A stretch of DNA of 63,857 nt, from IMG/VR virus record IMGVR_UViG_2791355434_000002. One strand, written 5' to 3'. A program made the position numbers and the translations under genes. The stretch is from an uncultured virus (IMG/VR IMGVR_UViG_2791355434_000002). Taxonomy: Duplodnaviria > Heunggongvirae > Uroviricota > Caudoviricetes. The notes below the pieces were generated by a model that ran no database searches, had not been told where the DNA came from, and worked only from the letters and a program-made list of their open reading frames with translations. Shown piece after piece: positions 18,327 through 28,860 of the stretch (position 1 is the first letter of the stretch; every line of letters starts with the position of its first letter).

Positions 18327-19340
18327 TCATGCGGTCCAGTACGAGCCGTCGATGGTGAGGATGTCGCCGGTCTTGATGTCGAACGGCTGGTTGGTCAGCA
18401 GGTTGTAGGCGGTCACCCGGGAGTTGATGCTGTCGCCCGACGTCGCCCCGTACCGCAGGCGGCCGATCTTCGTCGTCGACTCCGGTGGGAAACACATTGC
18501 GACTCCCTGGGCGCGGTCGTCGCCGGTGGCCGACGAGTAGTTCCACAGAAACAGCGACCGGTTCGCTGTGGTGCACGGGTAGCCCGGCGGCAGACTGACC
18601 TCGATCGGCCCCGGGTAGCCGGGCGGGTTCGAGGTGACCCGGACGTCGATGTTCAGGTCCACCCGGCGGCCGGTCACCTGGTAGCGGCCCCGGTTGATGG
18701 CCTCCGTGCCCCAGTGGAAGTTGGTGCCGCCAGCAGACCACTGGGGGGTGTAGGTGCCCTCCGCGATACCGGGTGAGGCGAGCCACCGCCACGTCGCCCC
18801 GTCTCCGATGAGGAGGCTTGTGCCCTCGACGCGGAGCTGCCCTTTGGTGGCAGGCCGCCCGTCGCCGGGGACGCCGGCTATGGCCCCCCGGTCGGTGAAC
18901 CACCGCCGGTCTGCGACGTTGACGGCGGTGACGACGGATGATCCGGCGGCTACGGTGCACTGGGCGAGGGGGATCTCGTAGACGCCGTTCTCGTCGGTGG
19001 ACAGTGTTGGGGCGCTGGTGCCGCCGGTTTTGTATGCGGCGATCACTGATTTGGCGCTCATGCTGGCCCGGAGGACGACGGTGTCGACCCGGGTTGTGGC
19101 CCCACCGTTGGGGACGATGTCGATGTTCTTGACCGTGTCGTTGAGGTAGTAGAAGCCGTTGACGAACGCTTCCCCAGGCTCCATGGTCACCGTGCCTGTC
19201 CCGGATCCGGTGATCTTCAATCCGGTCTGGGCGGGGTCCTCGGCGTGGATGCCGTCCAGCCCCCACCGGCGGGCCATGCGGGACCACTGGGACTGGGTGG
19301 CGATGGGCGACTCGTCGAACGGCGCACTGAACTCGGCCAT
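18327..19340 (-). CDS. Minor tail protein
   Basis: MAEFSAPFD...GEAFVNGFYY...RVDTVVLR...YEIPLA; position in the tail operon. Confidence 0.8.
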   Translation of the reverse strand: MAEFSAPFDESPIATQSQWSRMARRWGLDGIHAEDPAQTGLKITGSGTGTVTMEPGEAFVNGFYYLNDTVKNIDIVPNGGATTRVDTVVLRASMSAKSVIAAYKTGGTSAPTLSTDENGVYEIPLAQCTVAAGSSVVTAVNVADRRWFTDRGAIAGVPGDGRPATKGQLRVEGTSLLIGDGATWRWLASPGIAEGTYTPQWSAGGTNFHWGTEAINRGRYQVTGRRVDLNIDVRVTSNPPGYPGPIEVSLPPGYPCTTANRSLFLWNYSSATGDDRAQGVAMCFPPESTTKIGRLRYGATSGDSINSRVTAYNLLTNQPFDIKTGDILTIDGSYWTA

Positions 19341-20512
19341 CAGGCGGCCTTCCTTGTCTTCAGGCGCCCAACGTCCTTCTTGACCTGGGCGAGGTACTTG
19401 TAGATGCGGGCCACCGTTCCGTCGCCGTCGGTCGATCCGACAGCGGCCTTGACGGTGGTGCCGTCCCCGGCGGTGCAGGACAGGGTGACCTCGCGAACGA
19501 CATCGGTCATCCACGAGTCGCGAACCTTCGCGGACACGGTGTCGCCCACGCTGTAGTCCCGCCCGTACTGGAGCAGCGGAATATCGATCGGGCTGATCGC
19601 CAACGAGCCCTGCCCGGCACCAGCGGCGAGCGCCTCTTCGGCGGCCTGGTCCATCTGTGCTACGAGGTCGACGGACGCGGTGTCGACCGAGGTGAGGTCG
19701 ACGAACTGCTCGATGAGCAACCCGGGGAACAGGGGGTCAGCCCGGTCGACCGTCTTGCAGACCCGAGGTGTGGACTGTCCGCCGGAGACGACGACGGCCC
19801 GGGTGCAGGTGGGCGGTGTGGTGGTGTAGTTGGCGTCGGTGAGGTTGCCGAGGTCGAACGCGAACCGTGCGGTGCCGGACAGGTCGGCGGGCTCGTACAC
19901 CTGGAACTGAAGGCCGCTCTCAACCTGGACGACGCGGAACCCGAGCCCCGCAGCGTTCGCGATGTCGGTGAGAACGGCGAGGAGGCTGTCGAACTGGTTG
20001 AGCTGCCGGGTGATCGTCGGCCCGCGGTTTCCGTTAGCGGCGAGGGTGAGGAGCGGGTTCTTGCGGGCGGCGAGGGCGCCGGGCCCGGCGTTGGCGTTGA
20101 CGAGGGTGCGCATAGCCGTCTCAGCCACCGTCGCGCTGATCTTGTATACCGCGTCCGCCTGCGACCCGATCGCGCTACCCGGGGCCGGCCAGCAGGTGTA
20201 GCGGGCCAGCACCTCCGTATCGGACACCCCGCCCACGGTGAGCTTCCCCGCCCCGGAGTCGTCCTTGGAGCGGGACCAGTCGACGGTGCGGATGGGCCCG
20301 GAGTCGACGAGCGTGCCGTCCGCGGTGCGGATGATGAGCCCGTTGCCTTCGGCCATGAGGTTCGCCTTGCCCGAGTCGGCGGAGATCTCCAGGACGAACG
20401 ACCCGATCGCGTTGTAGCGGGGCATGACGGTCAGGCTCGTGTAGTCGTCGACCTGCCCGATGCGTTCCAGGGCGGGGTTGCGAACGTAGACACGGAGTGC
20501 GGTGCTGGGCAT
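19340..20512 (-). CDS. Minor tail protein (siphovirus Gp37-like/hub)
   Basis: IGQVDDY...RYNAIGSF...YGRDYSVGDTV; follows the distal tail gene. Confidence 0.85.
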   Translation of the reverse strand: MPSTALRVYVRNPALERIGQVDDYTSLTVMPRYNAIGSFVLEISADSGKANLMAEGNGLIIRTADGTLVDSGPIRTVDWSRSKDDSGAGKLTVGGVSDTEVLARYTCWPAPGSAIGSQADAVYKISATVAETAMRTLVNANAGPGALAARKNPLLTLAANGNRGPTITRQLNQFDSLLAVLTDIANAAGLGFRVVQVESGLQFQVYEPADLSGTARFAFDLGNLTDANYTTTPPTCTRAVVVSGGQSTPRVCKTVDRADPLFPGLLIEQFVDLTSVDTASVDLVAQMDQAAEEALAAGAGQGSLAISPIDIPLLQYGRDYSVGDTVSAKVRDSWMTDVVREVTLSCTAGDGTTVKAAVGSTDGDGTVARIYKYLAQVKKDVGRLKTRKAA

Positions 20513-20525
20513 GGGTGTCCTCCTC

Positions 20526-21467
20526 TCAGGCGGCCAGGTAGCGGGGCTGGTAGGTCATGCGGACCTCGGTGTCGGCGGTGGACCCGGCGACGGTGAGGGT
20601 GAGTTCGTTGGTGCCGGTCTCCAGGGGCCACAGGGCGGACGCGTCGGAGAGGTCGGGCCACAGGTTCGTGACTCCATTGAGGAGCGCGGTCTGGCGGCGT
20701 TCCCGGGTGTCGATGACGATCGTGTCGGTGCCGGTGATGGTGCGGGTGAGGACGAGGGTCTGCCCGGTCGTCACGTTGGTGAGGGTCACCGAGGTGGCCG
20801 GGCCGGTGATCGTCCAGACGGGGAACGCGTCGTCGTCGCCGTCGTTGTCGACAGTGACCGATCCGAGTACCTGGGAGTTGCCGACGACGAGCGGCAGGAA
20901 CGGGAAGAAGTCGCCGCCCGGGTCCGTGCGCCAAGCGTGGGTGACCTCGCCGCCCGCCCAGTACGGGGTTGGGGCGGCGAACGTTATGACGCCGATGCAC
21001 CAGCGGCGGCCCGCGGCGTCGAGGGACTCGTCGCCTTCCATGCCGTCCTGGTAGCGGACCCCGATGCTGCGGGTGCTCCCGTCCGGCTGGGTGAGCGTGA
21101 GCAGGCCTTGGCCGCGCTTGGGGTTGAGGGCGCGGATGAACGTCCGGCGCCGGGCCAGGTAGGCGGCCCTGGAGTCGTGGGCCCAGAACGCCAACGGAAT
21201 CGAGATCGTCTTTCCCTGGGCGCGGACCTGCCGCACCTCGTACCCGTCGATGCCCGGGGACTCATCGGTGGCCATGGCGTAGGCGGGCATGTCCAGCCCC
21301 TTGATGCCGGGCTGCACTACCCAGCCGCGCTCCCAGTCCGTGAGGAGCGTCGTCACACCACCGGGGTCGGTGAACGACAGGAGCGGCATTTCGACGATGC
21401 GCTGCGGCCACTCCCACGGCGGTTGCTGCTCTACCGGTGGAGCCGATGAGGCGATCAGGATCGGCAT
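20526..21467 (-). CDS. Distal tail protein (Dit)
   Basis: Directly after the tape measure gene; GLDMP, FAAPTPYW, LETGTNEL. Confidence 0.85.
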   Translation of the reverse strand: MPILIASSAPPVEQQPPWEWPQRIVEMPLLSFTDPGGVTTLLTDWERGWVVQPGIKGLDMPAYAMATDESPGIDGYEVRQVRAQGKTISIPLAFWAHDSRAAYLARRRTFIRALNPKRGQGLLTLTQPDGSTRSIGVRYQDGMEGDESLDAAGRRWCIGVITFAAPTPYWAGGEVTHAWRTDPGGDFFPFLPLVVGNSQVLGSVTVDNDGDDDAFPVWTITGPATSVTLTNVTTGQTLVLTRTITGTDTIVIDTRERRQTALLNGVTNLWPDLSDASALWPLETGTNELTLTVAGSTADTEVRMTYQPRYLAA

Positions 21468-24400
21468 CAGCTGGCTCCGCTCATGACGGTGCGGTGGAGC
21501 ATGTCCTCGGCGTCGAGGGCGTCGAGGATGCTGCGGCGGGAGGGGACCTCACGGACCAGCGCGTTGTAGTGCAGGTGCCGCTCCGCGCTGGTGTTGTTGA
21601 CGGTGCTGACCTCGGTCCGGGCGACGGTGGCTGCGGCGGTGGATCGGACGGTGCGGGCCATGGTGGCGGCTGCTGCTGCGGCCTGCGGGATGGTGTCGCG
21701 GACGCCCCGGGCGAAGCCGAGCCCGGTGAACCGGCCGAGCGCCTGGAGGACTTGCGACGGCGACTTGATGCGCAGTTCGACCTTGATGGTCTTCTGGATC
21801 TTCTTCGCCAGGTCCGCCATCGCCTTCACGATCGACGCTTCCTGCGCCTTCAACCCCGCCAGGTAACCCTTCCCGGACATCGCCCCGGCGTCGTACATGA
21901 CGTCGGCGGCGTTCTGCCCGTAGACGGTGGCGGCCTTCCCGATCTGCACCTGGGTGGCGTTGATGCTCTTCAGCTGGGCGTCGGTCGCCTTGACCAGGGC
22001 CGCGGCATACGGTGCGCCCTGGTCCGGGCCCGCGGCGATGAGCTGGCTGAGGAACTCCTTGGACAGGCCCCGCTTGCCGAGCGTCGCGATGTTGGAGGAG
22101 AACGTCTGGAGCTGCCCGAGGCGCACCTTGAGCCCGTTGAGGATGCCGTCCGCCCCGAACGGCAGACCGGAGTTCGGCAGCCCGGTGAGGGACGCGAACG
22201 ACGAGGCGGACGCGGTGGTCTCCGCGGCGAACGTGTTGGCCTGGGCGATGCGGGCCCGGAGCGCGTCACGCTTCCCCGCCAAGTTCTGGAGGGTCTTGTT
22301 CTGGGCGGTCAGGTTACGGATCAGCCGGTCGTCGAGGGTGGTCTTGACGCCCTTGAAGGCGTTCTTCACGGCGGTGGCCACGGTGGTCATGGACTTGTCG
22401 ATCGCGGACGCCGTACCGGCCAACGCCTTGAGGAAGTTCGCCCCGACGGAGGCGGCGATCGGTCCGGTGTCGATGCGTTTGCCACCGACCCGGATGATGC
22501 CGCCCGTGGCGTACCCGCCGTCCCTGCGCAGCCCGGTGTGGATCTGCACGCCGCCGACGATGCCGCCGCGGGCGTATCCGCCGATCCGGTTGTACGCCGC
22601 GGACAGCGACCCGTAGCGGGCGAGGGCGTACCGCATCGAGGCGTAGATGTTCGCCATCGGGTCGGTGCTGACGCCGTACATGAACGGCCCGGTCTTGCGG
22701 TACTTCCCGGCGTAGGCCTTGAACGTCGGCTCGATCACCTGCATCAGCCCGACGGACGGCGTGCCGTTGATCCAGTTGATGTCGTTGCGGTTGACCGCCC
22801 GGGTGTTGCCGCCGGACTCCTGGTTCATGCGGCGGAGCGTCGTGTTCACCAGGGACAGAGACTGGCCGACCTGCCCCAGCGCCTGGGTGACCACGCCGCG
22901 GAAGCGCTCCACGCCCGCCCCGGCGTCCCCGCCGGTGCCGCCCTCCAGGTAGCGCATCGGGTCGACGGTCCGCCCGTTGATGCGGGCTTCGAGGTGGAGG
23001 TGGGGGCCGGTGGTGTTGCCGGTGGCGCCGACCCGTCCGATCTGCTGGCCCCGCTTCACCGTGTCCGAGGCTTTGGCGAGCATGGCGGACATGTGGGCGT
23101 ACAGCGACGACAGGCCCGCCCCGTGGTTGATCTCGATGTGCTTGCCGTAAGGCCCCGAGTCGACCGCCTTGCGGACGATGCCGGAGTCCACCGCCCGGAT
23201 CGGTGTGCCGGTCTTCGCAGGGAAGTCCAGACCGGTGTGCCGGCCCGAGCTCCACATGAGCCCGGCCTTCCCGAACGGGGTGCCGTAGGGGGCGCTGACG
23301 GGCTTCAGCCAGTCGCCGGTGCCCTCGACGATGTCCTTGCCGCGGATGTAGTCGATCGCTTTGTTGATGAGCCCGATGGGGGCTTGGGCGATCATGCCGG
23401 GCCAGGTGGCCTTGTTCTTCCCGAGGGTCTTCGTGATGCCGCTCTTGACCGGGGAGAGCGCGGCTTCGGCCAGGTCTGCGAGGCCCCCTCGGGCGACGTC
23501 TGCCCCCTTGGAGAGGACGCTGCCGACGGCGTTGGTGATGCCGTCGAAGATGCCGCCCTCGGCGAAGCCGCGGAACTGGCGCAGCGACTGCCCGCGCATA
23601 GCCGCTTGGTTGACGGCGTGGAGCCGGGCCCGCTCATACGGGTCCCGCATCGCCTCGGAGACGTACACGCCCTCGCCGCGGCGCATCGGCACCAGCTGGT
23701 CGTCGCCCTGCCGCCACGACGACTGGCCGGGCAGGATCCCGCCGCGGGCGAATCCCTTCGGGGTCGGCATCGGTTTGAGGTCGGGCACCCCGGGGATCTT
23801 CGCGGCGGTCTTGTTCCAGACAGGGACGATGCCCTTGTTGTAGACGACGTCGATCCAGAACTTGATGGGCTCCTTGACCAGGTCTTTCAGCCCGGCCCAG
23901 ATTTTCCCGAGGCCCTTCTTCAGGGTGTCGAACGCGTCGCTCAGCTTGTCCGCGAACGCGTCGAACCCGGTGCGGACAACTCCCCACGCTGCGCTCGCGA
24001 TCAGGCCGATGTCGGACCACAGGTTGGACCACGTGGTGGTGACCTTGTCCTTGAGCGCCCCAATGAGGAGGCTGACCTTGTCCCGCAGGTCGGTAAACCA
24101 CTTGAGTGCCCCACCGACCAGGCCAGGGATGCGGCCCTTCGCCCCGAGGAGGTCGCCGTCAAGCCACCGGAACGAGCGGGCGATGCTCTCTGTCAGCCAC
24201 TTCACCGCGTCGATGCCGGGCTGAATGTCCTTGCGGAGCTTCGTCATCGACTTGACGAACGTCTCTACCGCTGGAATGACGACCCGCAGAATCACGGCCG
24301 TGGCCAGCTGAGTCATGAGCATCGTGAGCTGGATCAGCGGCGGCAGCAACGGCAGGATCGCAGGCAGCAGCTGGAGCAGAAACTCGGTACCCAACAGGGC

Positions 24401-27331
24401 CAGTTGCGGAAGCAGGGGGGCCAGGGCGAGGAGGATGTCGCCGATGCTCTTCCCGATCTGCACCAGCGGCGGCACGAGCATCGGGATGATCGGCAACAGT
24501 TGCTGCAGGACCCGCATGAACATCGCCGCGTACTGCTGTGCCAGCTCGCCTATGACCGCCGACAGGCCCTCGATGATGGGGCTGAGGACCGGGCCGAGCA
24601 TCGCGGCGATGCGGGTGACGACCGGGATCAGGTGCGTGAAGACGGTGACGAGAGTCTCGAAGATGGGCGTCACGAGCGGCAGCAGGTCACCGATCAGTTT
24701 CCCGAGGACCGGCAGCATCGGCGACACCGCCTTCACCAGGGCGATGACAGCCCTGGCGGCAACCACCAGCACAGGGCCGAGCGCCTCGGCGACCGGCAGG
24801 AGCGCCTTCCCGAGCGTCTCCATCAGGTTGCTGACGACCGGGCCGAGGAGCCGGGTGATCTGGATGACGGACGGGGCGAGCGCAGCCAGGACCGGCATGA
24901 CGGCCTGAAGTGCAGCGCCCAGGGCGCCAGCGAGGAGCCCGGCGAAGGCCTGCACGGCAGCGAAAATCTGCTTGAGGGACTCCTGTACCTCCGGGAGGGC
25001 GGTGACCCGGCGGATCTCCTCCAGGGCGGACCCGATCACGGCGAAGAAGTCGCCGCCGCCGTCTGCTGCTGCCCCGAAGACGTTCTTGATGATGCCGCCG
25101 AGGTCCGCCAGTACCCTTCCGAAGCTGACCGCCACATCGAGGGCGGTGTTGATGGCTTCTTCGAGACGCCCGTTCTCCAGTCCCTTGGCCAGCTTGTCCA
25201 TGACCCGGTCCATGGCCTCGCCGGCGCCGGTGGTGATGCGGTCCCATGCGGGGCCCGCGGCGATGGTGAGCTGGGACAGGCCGGTGAGGATCTGTCCGGG
25301 GATGCGGTTCATGTTGGCGAGGCCGTTGCGGATGACGTCGAAGGTGCCTCGGAGCTGGCCGCTGCGCTCCAGGTTGTCGACGGCGCTGAGGGCGTTCTTC
25401 GCCATGGTGCTGAGTTCGGTGGCGGCTCCGACGAGCCCGGCCCGGACGGTGGGGAGGATCCGCCCGCCGACGGCCTGGAGGCGTTCCCCGAGCCCAGCGA
25501 ACAGGGCGTCCTGGACGTCGAGTTTCATGGCCCGCCAGGCGGGGGCCATCTCTTGGAGGATGCCGACGAAGCGGCGGGCGTTCGGGGACAGCTTGCTGAT
25601 GGCGTCGTCGAGCTTGGTGGTCTGTTCGGCGGCGTTCTGCTGGGCCTCTGCGACGGCGCGGGTGGCGTCGGCCACGGCCCGGTGGGCGTCAGCCAGGGAG
25701 CGTTCCTGGTTGGCGACCTGCTCGTTCGCCGCCCGGATCCGCTCCTGTGCTTTCACCACCGCGTCGGAGCCTGCGACCCCGGCCCGGTTCACGGCGGCGG
25801 TGTCGACCTGGAGGCGCTTCTGCTGCCGGGCCTGCTCGTCGGCCGAGGCCTTCGCCTTCGCCAGGGCCAGGTCCGCCTGCTGGATCTGCAACTGGGTCGC
25901 GGCCGGGTCCGAGCGCACCGCGGCAAGGTCCACCTCGGCCTGCTGCACATCGAGGGCGGCCTGCCGCTGGTCCAGCGCCCCCTGCCGCAGACGGCGGTTC
26001 ATGTCCTCCAGGTCCCGGGCCGCCTCACGCCGCGCGGCGGACAGTTCCTGCTGGGCTTGGCGGGCGGTGCGCTGCGCCTGGGACAGGGTGCGTTCGGCGT
26101 CGGCGACACCGCGCTGGGCGTTGGCGAGGGACCGCTGCGCGGACTCCACCTGCCGGGCGGCGGTCACCGCCGCTTTCGCTTCGGCCGGTGCCGGGTTGAA
26201 GGCCGCCTTGATGGCGTCGCCGACACCCGAGGTGCCGAGCTTGATCGCAGCAAACGCACTGACCAGCGTGAGGATGCCAGGCGCGGCAACGGCGGCGAGC
26301 GGCCCGAGCTGCCCGATTGCGGAGCCCATCGCGGACAGCTGGGGTGTGGCGAGGAGCGCGGCGGCCGCAATTTTTGCGATGCGCCCGGAGAGGATTCCCG
26401 CTTGGGCGGAGGCGTCGCCACCGCTGCTGCCGAACGATCCGAGGGACGAGGTGATCCCGGCGAGCCCGAACAGGCGGGTGCGGATGTTGACTACCCGGTC
26501 GCGGGCGGCGTGGTTGAGGGCGGTGTTCGCCGCGGCGGTGACGGCGCGGGCGTCGATGCTGGCGGTGCGGCGCCGGGTGAGGTTCGCCAGGTCGTTCGCC
26601 GCAACCCGGGTGTCGACATCGACGCCGAGGCGGACCCTCTGGCGCTGGCCAAGGGCGCGGATTTCGTTGGCGGCGACCCGGGTGTCGACGGTGGCCCTGA
26701 TCTGGACGAGCCGGTCGGCGGTGAGCTTGTCGAGGGCCTTCTGTGCCTTCTTGAACGACGCCTCGTCTACCTTCGCGACGACGTCGGCGGTGGCCTGCCC
26801 GAACCCGTTCAGTTTGGCCTTGGCGGCGGTGTCGTCGAGCTGGGCGACGACCCGCACGGTGCGCTGGTCGATGAGGCGGGCGATCCCCGCTTTTGCCGCC
26901 CGGTCATCCAGCTGGGCCAGGACTCTGACGGTCCGCTGGTCGATGAGCCTACCGATGCCGATCCGGGCCGCCCGGTCATCCAGCTCGGCGCGGACGGTCA
27001 CCGTGCGGTCCCGGGTCACCCGGGTCAGGCCGGAGGTGACGGCCTTATCGTCCAGCTCGGCCGTGACCTTGACGGTGCGGGCTTTGGTGAGCTTGGTGAG
27101 CTTCGCCTCGGCGACCGTCGTCACGAGGTCGACACCGACCCGGACGGTGGGTGTGGCGGCGGCGAGCTTCCGCTGGATCCCGTCGAGGATCTGCTCCCCA
27201 GCAACCTGCCCTGCCATTTTGGCGGGTTGGCGGATGGCGGAGGGCAGCTCGACGCGGAGCCGGTTGCCGAACTGCCGTGTGTCGGGGACGAGTGAGACGC
27301 GGGTGCGTCCGACGAGTGTCGGCTCGGCCAT
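21467..27331 (-). CDS. Tape measure protein with M23 peptidase and lytic transglycosylase domains
   Basis: 1954 aa, Ala/Leu-rich; HTGLDF...YAHMS...TGPHLHLE (M23); QESGGN...GLMQVI...ANIYASMRYA (SLT). Confidence 0.95.
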   Translation of the reverse strand: MAEPTLVGRTRVSLVPDTRQFGNRLRVELPSAIRQPAKMAGQVAGEQILDGIQRKLAAATPTVRVGVDLVTTVAEAKLTKLTKARTVKVTAELDDKAVTSGLTRVTRDRTVTVRAELDDRAARIGIGRLIDQRTVRVLAQLDDRAAKAGIARLIDQRTVRVVAQLDDTAAKAKLNGFGQATADVVAKVDEASFKKAQKALDKLTADRLVQIRATVDTRVAANEIRALGQRQRVRLGVDVDTRVAANDLANLTRRRTASIDARAVTAAANTALNHAARDRVVNIRTRLFGLAGITSSLGSFGSSGGDASAQAGILSGRIAKIAAAALLATPQLSAMGSAIGQLGPLAAVAAPGILTLVSAFAAIKLGTSGVGDAIKAAFNPAPAEAKAAVTAARQVESAQRSLANAQRGVADAERTLSQAQRTARQAQQELSAARREAARDLEDMNRRLRQGALDQRQAALDVQQAEVDLAAVRSDPAATQLQIQQADLALAKAKASADEQARQQKRLQVDTAAVNRAGVAGSDAVVKAQERIRAANEQVANQERSLADAHRAVADATRAVAEAQQNAAEQTTKLDDAISKLSPNARRFVGILQEMAPAWRAMKLDVQDALFAGLGERLQAVGGRILPTVRAGLVGAATELSTMAKNALSAVDNLERSGQLRGTFDVIRNGLANMNRIPGQILTGLSQLTIAAGPAWDRITTGAGEAMDRVMDKLAKGLENGRLEEAINTALDVAVSFGRVLADLGGIIKNVFGAAADGGGDFFAVIGSALEEIRRVTALPEVQESLKQIFAAVQAFAGLLAGALGAALQAVMPVLAALAPSVIQITRLLGPVVSNLMETLGKALLPVAEALGPVLVVAARAVIALVKAVSPMLPVLGKLIGDLLPLVTPIFETLVTVFTHLIPVVTRIAAMLGPVLSPIIEGLSAVIGELAQQYAAMFMRVLQQLLPIIPMLVPPLVQIGKSIGDILLALAPLLPQLALLGTEFLLQLLPAILPLLPPLIQLTMLMTQLATAVILRVVIPAVETFVKSMTKLRKDIQPGIDAVKWLTESIARSFRWLDGDLLGAKGRIPGLVGGALKWFTDLRDKVSLLIGALKDKVTTTWSNLWSDIGLIASAAWGVVRTGFDAFADKLSDAFDTLKKGLGKIWAGLKDLVKEPIKFWIDVVYNKGIVPVWNKTAAKIPGVPDLKPMPTPKGFARGGILPGQSSWRQGDDQLVPMRRGEGVYVSEAMRDPYERARLHAVNQAAMRGQSLRQFRGFAEGGIFDGITNAVGSVLSKGADVARGGLADLAEAALSPVKSGITKTLGKNKATWPGMIAQAPIGLINKAIDYIRGKDIVEGTGDWLKPVSAPYGTPFGKAGLMWSSGRHTGLDFPAKTGTPIRAVDSGIVRKAVDSGPYGKHIEINHGAGLSSLYAHMSAMLAKASDTVKRGQQIGRVGATGNTTGPHLHLEARINGRTVDPMRYLEGGTGGDAGAGVERFRGVVTQALGQVGQSLSLVNTTLRRMNQESGGNTRAVNRNDINWINGTPSVGLMQVIEPTFKAYAGKYRKTGPFMYGVSTDPMANIYASMRYALARYGSLSAAYNRIGGYARGGIVGGVQIHTGLRRDGGYATGGIIRVGGKRIDTGPIAASVGANFLKALAGTASAIDKSMTTVATAVKNAFKGVKTTLDDRLIRNLTAQNKTLQNLAGKRDALRARIAQANTFAAETTASASSFASLTGLPNSGLPFGADGILNGLKVRLGQLQTFSSNIATLGKRGLSKEFLSQLIAAGPDQGAPYAAALVKATDAQLKSINATQVQIGKAATVYGQNAADVMYDAGAMSGKGYLAGLKAQEASIVKAMADLAKKIQKTIKVELRIKSPSQVLQALGRFTGLGFARGVRDTIPQAAAAAATMARTVRSTAAATVARTEVSTVNNTSAERHLHYNALVREVPSRRSILDALDAEDMLHRTVMSGAS

Positions 27332-27345
27332 GCTGCCCTCCCCTC

Positions 27346-27843
27346 TTACGGTGCTGGTTCGAGTTCGCGGAGTTTCTGCTCCCAGTAGTCGATCTCCGCC
27401 TGATCGGTCTGGGTGGTGCCGGGTGAGTACTGGTTGAGGAGGGCCTCGCTGTACGCCACCGCGGCGGCCTCAAGTTCGGCTTGCCGTTCGTCTGCCTCGG
27501 TGGTGGGCGATTCGACGGGCGGCATGTCCGGCGGTTCGCCCTTGAGGTGGGCGGCCCACAGGACTCGGATCATGAGGAGGAGCGCGTTGTACGTGGCGGC
27601 CTGCAGGTAGGTGCCCTGCGTCCACCGCCTTCCGTCCACGTCCCCGGCGGCGGCCGCCTTCGTCGCGGAGTCCTCCGGGAGGTGTTCGATCAGGTCCCGG
27701 AGTTCAGCCCAGTTCATGGACCCCTCGCCCCAGGACATGGCCCAGAACTCCTCTAGGCGGCGGCCGGGGTAGTACCGCTGGATGTCGGCGCGGACGGCTC
27801 CGGGGTGCTCTCGGAGGAGCTGGAGGAGCCAGAGCCTTCCCCC
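27346..27843 (-). CDS. Tail assembly chaperone, -1 frameshift extension (gpT part)
   Basis: The -1 frame at GGGGGAA reads RLWLLQLLREHPGAVRADIQRYYPG, continuous with ORF 27346-27738. Confidence 0.85.
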   Translation of the reverse strand, partial: GGRLWLLQLLREHPGAVRADIQRYYPGRRLEEFWAMSWGEGSMNWAELRDLIEHLPEDSATKAAAAGDVDGRRWTQGTYLQAATYNALLLMIRVLWAAHLKGEPPDMPPVESPTTEADERQAELEAAAVAYSEALLNQYSPGTTQTDQAEIDYWEQKLRELEPAP

Positions 27844-28166
27844 TGGGTGGTGCCCGCCTCCTCGTTCATCTCGTCGAGGATGTCGGTGAGTTCGCCGACG
27901 GTGAGCTTGGCGACGGTGATGAGCCTGTCGAAGGCTTCCTTGGGCTGGGCGATCTCGCGGAGGACGTTGAGGTTGGCGTTGCCGCCCTTCTCTTCGACCT
28001 CCTCGATGACCTCCAGTGGCCAGTTGTCCTGCACCGGGAACGAGCAGGTCTCTTCGACGCCGTCGGCGTTCTCGAAGACGACGTCGAGGAACTGGAGCTT
28101 GGCGGCGGAGGCGCGCTGGGCGCGCATCTGCTGGAGGCGGATGATCTTGCGGCTGGGCTTCGACAT
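27753..28166 (-). CDS. Tail assembly chaperone (gpG)
   Basis: Between the major tail and tape measure genes; Ser-rich tail after the slippery site. Confidence 0.85.
   Translation of the reverse strand: MSKPSRKIIRLQQMRAQRASAAKLQFLDVVFENADGVEETCSFPVQDNWPLEVIEEVEEKGGNANLNVLREIAQPKEAFDRLITVAKLTVGELTDILDEMNEEAGTTQGEGSGSSSSSESTPEPSAPTSSGTTPAAA
27837..27843 (-). other. Programmed -1 ribosomal frameshift slippery site GGGGGAA
   Basis: CAG GGG GAA GGC in gpG; the -1 frame stays open to 27346. Confidence 0.8.
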
Positions 28167-28265
28167 GGCTTGTCCTTCTTGGGCGAGGGCGGGGCGGGGG
28201 CTTGCAGGTGATCCGCTGTGCCGCCCCCGCCCAGGGATAGAGCGCAGCGGATCACCAGTCGTGGG

Positions 28266-28850
28266 TTAGGCGGGCAGGGTGACGTCCGTGATCATGTGCT
28301 GAACGGACTGGGCGCCACCCGGGGCGCTGAGCGCGGTGAAGGTGAGCTCGAAGTTCGAGGAGTCGTCCGCGCTGTGCTGGCGGGCGCCTCGGTCGGACAC
28401 ACCGCAGCGGGCGATCATGATGCGGTGGCGCTTCCCGCCGTAGATGACGTCCAGGCCGAGCGCGATCTCGACCGTGTCCGTGACCGACCCGGAACCGAAG
28501 CTGAGGAACTGCTTGGCCACCGGTTCCGTCGTCGCAGCCGTCGACGTCATGTTCGCCTTCTGCACCTGGTAGTACAGGGACAGGATCTGGGCGGTCGTCT
28601 CCCGGAACGTGAGCTTGAACGTCTGGGTGCGCTTCTTGGCGAGATCGACGACAGGCGCGTCCTCACCCCACGCGTCGAGCTGGGTACGCTCCTCGGCCAT
28701 AGCCTCTTCGAGACCGTCCGGAGTGATGAACCCCATGTCGGCGAAGCCGGACGGCCAGGCCACCTCCGGCCCGGTCGGGAACGTGGTGCCGACGGGCGCC
28801 GCATACGCCTTGCCCGCTGTGGCCACGATGATGTTCGCAGAGTCGCCCAC
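28266..28850 (-). CDS. Major tail (tube) protein
   Basis: AYAAPVGT...DMGFITPDGL...DAWG...FKLTFRET. Confidence 0.9.
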   Translation of the reverse strand: MGDSANIIVATAGKAYAAPVGTTFPTGPEVAWPSGFADMGFITPDGLEEAMAEERTQLDAWGEDAPVVDLAKKRTQTFKLTFRETTAQILSLYYQVQKANMTSTAATTEPVAKQFLSFGSGSVTDTVEIALGLDVIYGGKRHRIMIARCGVSDRGARQHSADDSSNFELTFTALSAPGGAQSVQHMITDVTLPA

Positions 28851-28860
28851 GACGGGCCTC

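Noticed and set aside
26560..27130. Imperfect repeats at the 5' end of the tape measure gene
   Set aside because: In-frame protein repeats (V.AELDD.AA), ordinary for this protein
21437..27295. 1952-aa plus-strand ORF
   Set aside because: Antisense shadow of the tape measure gene caused by high-GC codon bias
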